DNA of 63,908 nucleotides, filler included, from Blastocystis sp. subtype 4 (lineage: Eukaryota): assembly GCF_000743755.1 (NCBI RefSeq). It is 4 parts of 4 records of this genome, joined end to end, with 100 filler letters (N's around TTAATTAATTAA, not from the genome) between each part and the next. Parts side by side here need not be neighbours in the genome. Positions count along the whole stretch, not along the records: positions 1 to 13,935 come from NW_014569274.1; 3 more parts are not named here. The stretch is one strand, 5' to 3'. Shown here in pieces: positions 1 to 10,408 of the stretch. The number at the start of each line of letters is the position of its first letter. Positions within the stretch are counted from its first letter, which is position 1. Position numbers and translations under genes: made by a program. The notes below the pieces were generated by a model. That model was not told the DNA's origin and made no database searches. It worked only from the letters and a program-made list of their open reading frames with translations.

Positions 1-89
1 GGAAGCATGCTGATCTGATCAAGCGTATGGAGGCTAAGAGACTGGCTGAGGCTAGTGAGTACTACAAGAACAAGAAGACTTCTGCCTAA
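1..89 (+). CDS. RPL13A: 60S ribosomal protein L13a (uL13), 3' end only
   Basis: Frame 3 reads (W)KHADLIKRMEAKRLAEASEYYKNKKTSA*, resembling the uL13 C-terminal GWK...LEEKRK...YY segment; TAA at 87-89, TGTTTGTT at 119-126. Confidence 0.7.
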   Translation, partial: KHADLIKRMEAKRLAEASEYYKNKKTSA

Positions 90-132
90 GTGGAATCTGG
101 GTTTTGTCACACTTGGATTGTTTGTTGATAAA

Positions 133-1155
133 ATGAGTCAGATTCTGTTGAAGGGAAAGGTTGCATGTATCACTGGTGCTTCTAGAGGGATTGGAGCTGG
201 GATTGCCAGAGCTCTTGCCAAGGAGGGATGTCGTCTTGGTATCTGTTCTCGAAGGGAGGCAGATATTGAACAAATGAAGAAGGAACTTGAAGATGAAGGC
301 TGTAGTGTTGTTGCCTGTTCGGTGGATGTAACAAGTATGGATCAAGTATAAATGATTCGTTGTATAGATCACCTAGATGAAACAGTTCCGAGATGCTGTA
401 TTGAAGAAGTTTGGTACCATTGATATTTGGGTCCGAATATATGTATCTTTTCATTTCTAGGTTAACAATGCTGGATATATGCCCATCACATTAATGGAAA
501 ATGTTCAACATGAAGAGTGGGATCGTGTTGTGGACATCAATTGCAAGGTAATTGTATTCAATACCTCCCATACAGGGTGTTTTGCATGGAATTGCATGTT
601 GTTTACCTGTGATGAAGGAGCATAATTCTGGTCATATTATCAATATCTCTTCTGATGGAGGAAAGCGAGTAGAAGAATTCGCATGAAATGAATTATAGCA
701 ATTTGATTACATTACAGTGTATTGCGCTACCAAGTACTTTGTGGAGGGCCTGGCTCTTGGTCTTCGTCGTGAAATCAAGAACTACAATATTCGGGTGACA
801 AATATCCAACCAGGAGTAAGATTGAGGAGGATATGTAACTAAGGATGTTGGAACAGATATTGGAATGGAGTCAACAGATAAACAGGCTATTCGCCAGTAA
901 TTGAGATTTGTTGAAATGAATTCAAGGTATTATGGCTGGAATGAAGGTGATTCTATGATTTCGAGTTCGTCTTCATCAGAAGAAGAATCTGAAGATTTAA
1001 GTGAACAGATTCTCAATGTTCAGAATATTGCAGACTCTGTGTTGTTCATATCCTGAGTCATTCTTGTATTGAATCCTTCATGATACGCTTTGAAGCAACC
1101 ACTTCATGTAGCTGTGAATGAAATCCTCATCGAACCTCTCCGTAGACCCATATAA
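133..1155 (+). CDS. Classical short-chain dehydrogenase/reductase, multi-exon
   Basis: TGASRGIG nucleotide-binding motif, VNNAG, catalytic YCATK, C-terminal ALKQPLHVAVNEILIEP; several ~30-nt introns; TAA 1153-1155, then TGTTTGTT 1161-1168. Confidence 0.9.
1048..1086 (+). other. U12-type AT-AC intron (39 nt) in the SDR gene
   Basis: Starts ATATCCTG, branch-like TCCTTCAT, ends TAC; removal gives DSVLF|ALKQP and removes an in-frame TGA; I found no GT-AG solution. Confidence 0.85.
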
Positions 1156-1219
1156 ATATTTGTTTGTTGCAACGAGAGGAACCTTTCTCACATCACAATC
1201 AATTTGAAACAAACACAGA

Positions 1220-2524
1220 ATACAAATTTGAAATCTAATCCAGAAGGAACATCTGTTTCAGGAAGACAACCTGGAGGTGAAACAGGTAATTTTGAAATAG
1301 TTCGTTCATTGATACGAAAAAATGAATGAAGCTTTTGAATCTATGTCCCATTCCATAATCTCTCATACCTGAGTGGCCGTCAAAATATTCGTAAACGTCT
1401 CGTTCCCTTTATCAATCAATGGACTTAACAAGATATTCGTCTATTTCTCACATCCCAACAATCCCTCCAACATGCATTCCCAACGCTAAAAGACACATCG
1501 AAGTCACATCCAACTTCTGTTCTAGCATTTGCAGAGAACGGATCATTGAAAGGACATGTCGTTTCTGTGTTTCTGATAATTGCAAAGCATCTCGCAATTG
1601 CCGACGTTGTTCCTCTTGTGGCGCAGAAGTACTCTCCGGAATCATCTAGTCATTACTCTCTCCCCTCTCACACACAGTCCACATCAGTAGAGAGAGAATT
1701 GTGTGAATCTTCTTCTGTCGCTTAAACAGTGTTTGCCATACAGAGAGCAGAAATTGGTACTGACTAAGTCGCTCCTCATGGGAAAACAGCATACTCTCAC
1801 CAAACTGAAATGGTACGAACAAACCCTGTCGATTCTCTGGTATTGGTGCATTCTAATCGTTGACTGTAAGAGTTTTGCTCACTTGAAGTAATGCAGTGTG
1901 TGATTTTAGTATATCGATTCGCATTTCGGTTGTTTCGATTGAAGCTTTTTTGCGCATTCGACGGAGACGAGCTGCTGCTCGATCTCGTGTCAATCTTCGA
2001 ATTAACCTCACATATGGAACAAACTTCATTTCTCTGTATTCTTCTTGTGGAGCTCTGGATTGAGAAGACTAGAAATCAAAATGGAAGAATAGGATCACAG
2101 GATCGATTGTCCCAGTATTGGTAGGAACTCGCTGTGCTGATTGATGTGGAGAATTGGAAATACCAGAATTCGAAAGAGGGAGCGAATTCGATGGAACCAT
2201 GGAATTCACTGGATTCGCCGCATTCTGTATAGAATAGGGTGAGTACTGACTTTGATTGAAATAGGGAGAAAGAATAGGAGTGGACTGCTGGTTGGGAGGA
2301 AGAGGAGGATAACATTGCTGTCCATAGCTTGGATAGAAAACAATGGGACCTAGAATCAGAATATGATGAGATATTGTACTTGGTTGCATTGGTTTGAATG
2401 GGACTGGCCTAAATATCAAAAGAAGGTAGAAATTGTACATTGTTGGATTTGGTGCAACGGTTTCTTGAGTCAAATACATGGAATACATGTCACCTCGATA
2501 TGGTAGTTTCTGATTATCTATCAT
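1220..2524 (-). CDS. bZIP transcription factor with Pro/Ser/Gln-rich N-terminus; stop created by polyadenylation
   Basis: Spliced sequence EEYREMKLTRDRAAARLRRMRKKASIETTEMRIDILKSHTALLQ (basic region plus zipper); last exon ends GTA T followed by TCTG TGTTTGTT. Confidence 0.7.
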
Positions 2525-2555
2525 TTACATGAAATAAATACACAAACAAAAGATA

Positions 2556-2983
2556 TTACCAGCTTGAGAAGACCCTAAAGGCTATAAAATGACATATCCA
2601 CTCCATTTTTACATTATGCTGGCGTACTGCAATTGCTGAGTAGGGAAGATAAGGGTTATCGAGTTTAGGAGGAGATAGTTCTGATGCCCTCTGAGAATTG
2701 GTCATTTTTGCTAAAAATCATCTATCATATCTTTAGATACGCTGCTTTGCTTGCATTTCTTCCTTTGAAGAACTAAAGTAAAACAGATTTCAAATCACCA
2801 ACTCATTATTCGTATCCATAGTGGACATCTCTGGGCTGAGGGCGTTTATATTCTTTGCAGGAGGAGAAAGCATCGTTTTGGTAGTTCTACAGATGACGAC
2901 CAGTATTCAAATTTCAACTCTCCTTGGTGATTAGAATCATTGCCTAGGAAAAAATTCACAACATTGGGTTGTTTGTTGTCCAT
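2556..2983 (-). CDS. Small hypothetical multi-exon protein
   Basis: ATG at 2983 (MDNKQPNVVNFF...), ~30-nt GT-AG introns, TAA 2556-2558 and TGTTTGTG at 2541-2548 on the minus strand; no family recognised. Confidence 0.35.
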
Positions 2984-3212
2984 CGCCGTTAAAGTGGTTA
3001 CCAGATGCAACAGGATCAAAAGAGTGCAAAAGTCAATTTGCCACTACTTGTCGGCTGTATTGGTAACCAACTACAAAGAAGAATGACGCACTTCTGTGAC
3101 GACGCTAAGAAACACGATTCATCATAACATGGATTTGTTTGCAAAACCTCATATTTGTTGTTTCTTTCGGAAAGCAACAGGAAAGAGTAAAACAAACAAC
3201 AGTAACACAAAT

Positions 3213-5133
3213 CTACTTACGACCTCCTCTTGAACGAACTGTCAATTGTAACTCCATCCCAGACACCAGATTGTAATATCCAAGCGTTTGAGCATCTTTC
3301 AAAAAACCATGAACAGCATGCTTCAACTGTTGTTTTGATATTGGCATTCCTCCCTGTAATTCGCTTATCTGCTGCTTCAATGTCTTCACCGTAGCTCCAA
3401 TATCAATAAGTGTAGTGATGGTCTGTCCTCGTAATCCCCAAGCAGCATTGGAGTTATCCACAGGGAGACGAATAGTGAGTGACACAGGACCTGGATGTGT
3501 AGCAATCCACTGTTGTGCCGGGATGAGCACATCTAGAGATAAACGATGATTAGAACAAATACTAGGCATGGTAGGCATGGCAGCAGCAGGCATTGGCATT
3601 GGTAGAGGCATAGCAGGTATTGGCATTGGCATAGGATGCATAGGAGCAGGCATTGGCATAGGAGCAGGCATCGTCATGGGAGTAGCACCAGGGACCCCTG
3701 GAGCAGAAGCAGGTACCGCAGAAGGAGCAGCAGGAGTAGGAACCACAGGAGGAGGAGGAGGAATATCTTTGACACCCATGGCCCTTAGCTTCTGTCTCTT
3801 AAGTTGATCATCGATATTGGATGCTTCAGCTTCCGTCATTTCTGTGACTTCACGTTTCATCTGGAATTCCTCTTCCTTCTTTGCTCGCATTCTGTGGATT
3901 GTATCAGAGATCTGACTTCCATCTACAAGATTGGTTGTGGCATCACGTTCCTTCCGTACTTCCTTCTGCTTCTTCCACATTGGATCAATCAACTCAATTC
4001 GCAAATGCTCATTGGCTTGGTCTAAAGGAATCACACGATGCGTTAGAGGATCGATCATCGTTCGAGGCATGTCAACGCCACTCTTCAAACGAGGTTCATA
4101 TTGATCGACCACCTTCAGCCCTTCAGATGTCACAGTGGCAGTCTGTGTTGGTTGTGGTTCTTCAGTTTCCATGTCTACTTCCATCTGTTCTGCCTATTCA
4201 TCATGTCTCGCAACCATACCTACTTCAATAAACTTCTCAGCTACTGGTAGGGCCTTGTTATCATCATCAAAGGTAATTGTCTCAACGACTGCAAAGTCGC
4301 CCCAATCAATTGTCTGCATGCTGATGGCATCATTGTTTGCTGCCTCTTGCTGGCGTTTTCTAGCCATTTCCTGATGGTGATACTCCAGTCTGTGAGCACT
4401 CAGACTCAGGGATGCGTCTCGATTCTTGTATTTGCTGACAAGAGGATCTTTGATGTCATTGTCGAAATGAAGCACTTTTCGATATTGTTCAACAAGTGAT
4501 GTGAAGAAACCATTCAGAATATGAGTGGGTTTCAGAAAATCAAACTGTGGATTATGGCTTTGATAATTCATGATTCCCTCCAAGAACTAATCGTTATAAT
4601 ATCTCCTCATAACCACTTTTTGACCATTGACAGCAGTATATTGAGCAGTCAACCGAAGAACATCCAAATCAAGCGAATATAGCTCTGGAAGTGTTGATGA
4701 AAAAGAATAGGGAGTAGGCTCTTCATCAGGAATGGATCGGAATACAGAAGTCAACGGATCGTACTTGGCTTTACGTTCCACTGTCGACTTCGATGCTGCA
4801 GCTACAGCCTTCTTTTCTTCCACCTTTTCCTCTTCCTTTTTGACTTCAGGAGTCTCTGTCTTGGGAATCTCAGGTGCTACATCAATCACTCCGAAAAGAT
4901 CACATAGTACTTTTTCCTTCCTTGTAACACTGAATTGCCATTTTGTAATAGGGATGGAACGGGTTGTTGTCCTCAATGAAAGCAAAACGGATTTTTGTTG
5001 GGTCCGATGAATAGATCTTCTTTTCCATTTCAGGTCCATGCTTTGCAATGAACTCTGCCGTTCGATCAATGATTGCCCTCATATCAGGGGGAGGGACAAT
5101 CATTCCGACAATTCCCTTGACACCGCTGCTCAT
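3213..5133 (-). CDS. SF3A1: Splicing factor 3A subunit 1 (Prp21)
   Basis: Two SURP/SWAP motifs (PPPDMRAIIDRTAEFIAKHG; LTAQYTAVNG...PQFDFLKPTH), IDWGDFAVVETITF, Pro-rich linker, C-terminal ubiquitin-like domain ending RGGRK. Confidence 0.95.
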
Positions 5134-5252
5134 TACTCACAAACACAAATCGATTTGCTCAAATCAATTCCAAGACGAAAGCACGGGAAAACGGAAATAC
5201 TTCAAATCCGGCGATGACGTCGTCAATCTGACTCTCAAGATTATTGCCAAGA

Positions 5253-6851
5253 ATGGGCCACTTTGAGAGATTTCTAGCTTTATCGCAGTATTTAAGCAGT
5301 GTAAGGGGTTATTTTGCATTTTGAACTGTAGATCTGCGAAAAGACAGTGATTGTCAGGTCGCAGACTGTGGATTTGTTCATCAGCAATCTTGCACAGTCA
5401 TCGGGAGTGAGAGAAGATTATGTAGGCATACAGTTCGCTTATGTTGACTAGATTCGTTTACTGTCGTCGATGCTACTCAGTTATCCTCTCGTTTGGATTC
5501 AGACACTCATCAAAAACCCAAAAATGAAGAAATTGTTTTCCATCCTTTGTGGTGTTTCCATTCTTCAGTTCTGTTTTGGAGCTGGGTTCGCTAGTATTCG
5601 AACGGTTTATTGTCGTAGATGGATTCACTCCCTCATTTCTTCCATATGCGTCTTGTGTCTCATTCGTTTCTGCAATCCAAAGCGTCAACCCATATACGTT
5701 TTCTTTTTCTCCTTATTGTATCTCTCCTTATCGTACTCTATTCTTTAACAGTATCATAGACAGGTCTCTTTATACCATGCTAACAGATTACATGAGTTAT
5801 GCTCTTGATAGTACTACCTACCAAATGATGCTTATCAGTCGATTCCAGATGCTTGCATGGTCCTATTACGATGGAACAGTCGATCGAGTCATGATGTCAT
5901 TTTGATTTCATCATTAGGAAGCTGTTGATAAGGGTGTAGAACGAACAGACCGCTGGGGACGTATCTATAGACGTAGACAGGCTGAATATGTTACAGAATT
6001 CCCTTCTCTTCTTGATTACTTCGGTTTCATTTACCATTTCCCCGGTTTGCTTGGGGGCCCAAATACTTACTATCGTGAGTATCATGATGTGATGAGTAAT
6101 ATTCGTTATCCTGATGGAAAGCTTCCGTCTAGTCGATGGAAGTATGTGTTAATAAATTTGATAAAAGGTGTTGTATTTTTGATCATGTTTGTTGTGGGGT
6201 CGGCATATCTGCCAACAGATTACCTTCTGACGGACACATTTGGATCTAGGCCATTGTGGCAACGTGTTGGGTTCCTCTATCTTACTTTCCTTGCTGTTCG
6301 ATTCCGGTATTTTGGTATCTGGAAGTTAGGTGAGAGTATTTGCATTATGGCTGGATTTGGAGAGGAGAAGAAAGATGAGTGGACTGGAATCAGTAATGTG
6401 GATATTCTTGCATTTGAAACCAGTAGCAACATGTCAACAGCTACTCGTATGTGGAATAAACGAACCCAGAAATGGCTTCAGATGTGTATTTACGAACGGT
6501 CAAATTTCAATCAATTCTATGTATTTATGGTCTCTGCCTTCTGGCATGGTTTCTACCCCTCATACTATCTTTGCTTTGGTTTGGGTTCACTGTTACAATT
6601 TGCTAATCGCTTAACTGCAAAGAAGTTATGGCCACGTGTTGAAGGAACATGGATGGAAAAACCATATCTTATTCTAGGAAACGTGTGTGTGATGACTGTT
6701 GGGTCATATATGCTTGAAGCCATGTTTAATTACTCATTTGAAAAAGCATGGTTAGGATGGAAACAAGCTTCTTTCTTTGGTGTTACATTCTTAGCTGTTA
6801 ATGTCGTGATCCTTTTACTGTTACCCAAAGTATCAAAGGTCAAAGAAGAGT
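5253..6851 (+). CDS. MBOAT-family lysophospholipid acyltransferase (LPCAT3/Ale1-like); stop created by polyadenylation
   Basis: WNKRTQKWLQMCIYER and SAFWHGFYPSYY MBOAT motifs, many TM segments; ends AAA GAA GAG T then TATC TGTTTGTT. Confidence 0.9.
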
Positions 6852-6855
6852 TATC

Positions 6856-6871
6856 TGTTTGTTAACAAACA
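6856..6871. terminator. Bidirectional 3'-end processing element TGTTTGTT-AACAAACA (perfect 16-bp palindrome)
   Basis: Lies between convergent MBOAT and GPN1; each half is exactly 4 nt from an in-frame terminal T. Confidence 0.85.
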
Positions 6872-6873
6872 AT

Positions 6874-8020
6874 CTATTCCATTTGGTCATGTTCTTTCTT
6901 CAATGTATCAGCCCATTCTAACAAGTTCTCAAACTCTTTCCGTTCTTTCTCATCTTCTACATTCTCTTCAATCTCTTCAGCTCCCTCCTTCATTCGATCT
7001 TCTGGTTCCACATCTTCCTTTACCTTCTTCATCATCTCATTTTGTCTCTTTGATTCTTCCTTCGTTTTCTCTTCCCGTTTCTTCCTAATCGAATCTAAAA
7101 ACACAGTAAAATATTCTTCTTTCGCTTCCTTAATTGCATCCAACAAATCACCAATTCCCTCTCCAGTAACAGATGAAACTCCCACAGTTCGCATAGTATT
7201 ATAGAACTCTTCTAATACTAGTCCCATTGAACGAGTTAATGGAATCATGAAACTATCCGAATTAGTGTCACTCACTGCATCTTGGAACACCTACATATCA
7301 AACTATATCAACATGATGACTTGATACTCTCGCATCCAACTTTCGATCAAACCATAATCTTGTACATCTGCTTTATTGAATACCACAACCATTGGCAAAT
7401 GCATCCGATACATAATACTGCATGCATACAACATATTGGACATGAAGGTGATTGGCTGAGAAGAACGAGGTGTATCGATGACGTATATAAGAACTGTTGG
7501 AAGCGTTGACGATAAGGCTTCTGTAATGATAGTACCACTGGCTGACCAAGTAAACACTTCAATTTGTCCAGGCGTATCTACCAGAATCAAGCTACATAAT
7601 GAGATTCGAAAACGAACAATCCAACTCGTTGTCAGTGGATCGTTTCTGCAAAAAGTCCAATACTTGATCAAATCGAGTTGCAAATAGATTTAGAGATGTC
7701 ATAATACTTCCATTCGGTCCCAAGTTGAAACTAGATGTAAAAACCCATTCACAAGGTTGTTTTACTCTTTCATCACTCCCTTATAATCCACTGTATCTCG
7801 AATGTCGATATTCGGAACATAGGGTAGATTTGATACAGCAGGATCGAGATTCACAACATAGGCATTTTTTGAGTTAAAGTTCAGATATGTAGATAGTCGC
7901 TGCATTGTCAATGAGAATAACAGTCTATACCTTCATTAGAGTTGTCTTTCCACTCCCAGCCATCCCAATAACAATACAACAAGGAGGCTGATCGTGCGTC
8001 GGTTCTTTGAACTCTTCCAT
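6874..8020 (-). CDS. GPN1: GPN-loop GTPase 1 (XAB1/Npa3)
   Basis: [11 protein letters not shown]-loop, [50 protein letters not shown]. Confidence 0.95.
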
Positions 8021-8061
8021 TCGCAAAATGGGTACAGAACGATTGTATTGAATCCTTGAGA

Positions 8062-9030
8062 ATGGGAAAGAAACGTGACAAATCGATTGCAGAAGAGGAT
8101 ATTGAAATATCTAGCGAGTCTGCGGAAGACAGTGAAGAGGAAATCACGTTTGACCCCATGACAAAAGAAGAACGCAAAAAACAGGAACAATCGATGCATG
8201 ATGATAATAAGGATGATGATGAAGACGACGATGAAGATGTGGATATGATCAATGTTGAATTCGAGTTCAGTGACCCCAAAGAGGAACACTTCAAAAGTAT
8301 TCGCAATTTCTCCCGATATTTATTTCTTGGAACTGCAAAAGATGTTGACTTTTCACCCTTGGCTGATGCTGTTGTGAAACAGGTCGAGGTTGGATCGATG
8401 GTTCAAGTGAGTGGAGAAGATGATGTGTATGCTTTCTTAACTCTTCTCAATCTCCAGTATTATAAGGTAAGAGTCACAAATACTTCTCATGCGTAGGATA
8501 ATCAGTCAATAAAAGACATTTTGAGCATATTACGCAAGAACTGTCCTTCAGAGCTTAAAGATTCCTTTGAGTCATTCTTATCAAAACCCACAGGTCTTTT
8601 ACTAAATGAGCGTATGAGGAATTTCCCTCCCGAGGTGATGCCCCATCTGTTTGAGTCTCTTGGAGAGGATGTGAAATGGGCTCTCGAAAACAGCTCTACC
8701 AAGGAGGCCTTCCAGTATGAGTATCTGCTTGTTATTGCACCATGCTTCTATGAGAAGACGGAGCCAAAACGAAAATCGAAGAAACCCAAACTAAATGCTG
8801 GTCCAGACACCTGTCTCTTCTTCCATTTTGAAGATGAACTGATTAAAAAGGTTTCTATTGGACTATTGAGTGATTTCTAGTATGCTGCATTATCCTTCAG
8901 TTTTGATGTTGCTCAATTGGGAGATGAAACACTTTCTGAAGCCATCCACCAGTCACGATTAGTGATGGTTGTTCCCTTTTCAAAGTATCCTACTATTGTG
9001 AGTGAGGTTCAAACCCTTGTATCTGAGTAA
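8062..9030 (+). CDS. BCCIP: BCCIP/Bcp1 family protein
   Basis: Acidic N-terminus, INVEFEFSDP, VGSMVQV...DDVYAFLTLLNL, GLLLNERMRNFP, FHFEDE. Confidence 0.9.
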
Positions 9031-9088
9031 TCTGTTTCTTTAAGCAACATTGTATTGATCAAGATGAGAGTACTTAGACGCTGATCAT

Positions 9089-9467
9089 TTACCAGTCGTC
9101 GTCATCATCACCGAAAAGACCACCTCCAGACATATCAATGTCCTCTTCTTCCTCCTCCTCTTCCTTCTTCTCCTCCTCCTTCTTCTCCTCAGCAGCAGCA
9201 GGAGCAGCACCAGCAGCGGGGGCAGCACCTCCAGTAGGAATGGAGACAAGCTTCTCAAGTCCCTCCTTGATCAGCTCCTCGACGTTCTTTCCCTCCAGAT
9301 CAGCGATCAGCTTCTCAATCTTCTCATCCTCAGCCTCAGCGCCAACAGTCTCAAGGACGTTCTTGATGTCAGCAGCCTACTCTGTTAAACATATTCCAAT
9401 CAGTCCCTACAGTGGGCTTCTCATTTCCACCCAGAACAAGCAGCAAGTAAGCACTAAGATGTCTCAT
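9089..9467 (-). CDS. RPLP2: 60S acidic ribosomal protein P2
   Basis: [31 protein letters not shown]..., Ala-rich hinge, acidic tail ending [11 protein letters not shown]. Confidence 0.93.
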
Positions 9468-10408
9468 CTACACTCAAGGTTATGTAAATTCCTCTCGTTA
9501 AGTCATACTCATCTCATTAACTCTTTGATTCATTCCCTACCTCTAATCAACAATAAGTGTGAACAGAACAGGTCATTTCGTAATCGGATGGCCATCATCC
9601 AGTTTTAAGAATAAGCTGAAACAAAATACAGAAGAGATGGTAACCAGGGGTTAATACAGGGATTGGCTGAACGAAATTTATCGTGCGTCAAAAACAGTTA
9701 GAAAATGGGAGTCCTGAAATGGAAAGCATTTTATGGTATCAGAGATTACTCTAATTATAAATGTTCGATCAACGTGGATGGTACTAGATGATTGATATTG
9801 ATTTGTAATATCTACTGGAATGTTTATAATGAGTTTGAGGATGAGTATAGTGTGTAGTCAATACAACAGATTTGAATTCAATAGAATGATTGAGATACAA
9901 TAATTCCTGTCGTTTTTATGAAATGTGTTAAAACTACTCACACTCAGAACAGAATATCCTTTCTGATCCTTTCATACTGAGAATGGCTTATCAATATTGA
10001 AAGAAAGGAATTCTGTGTCAAGTCATCAAACTTCCATAACTAGGAATAGAATGAACTTGAATGAATCCATTATCACAATGCATTCTATCTCAACTAGAAG
10101 ATCAAATAAGTATCTACTAACAATAACTGCATATCAACATAATCAATCACACATCCATGTTATTCGATACTCACCACTATCATACAATTCATTCCAGCAA
10201 CACTTCAAATGACAAAATTCAATATCATTTCATCATTTGACAATTTCAACATGTATTCATAACAGTATATGAAGAATCGTATTCACATAAAGCAGTCACC
10301 CTCTCAATCAAATAGCAGTTTTGAATGATTGATAATGAATGAATATGGAACAGAATCCAATAAGATAAGAGTTGCGGAAATAGATTCGTTTCATTCATTC
10401 TTTGACTT

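Noticed and set aside
9954..9977. ATATCCTT...TCCTTTCATAC U12-like sequence
   Set aside because: Only 24 nt with no flanking reading frame
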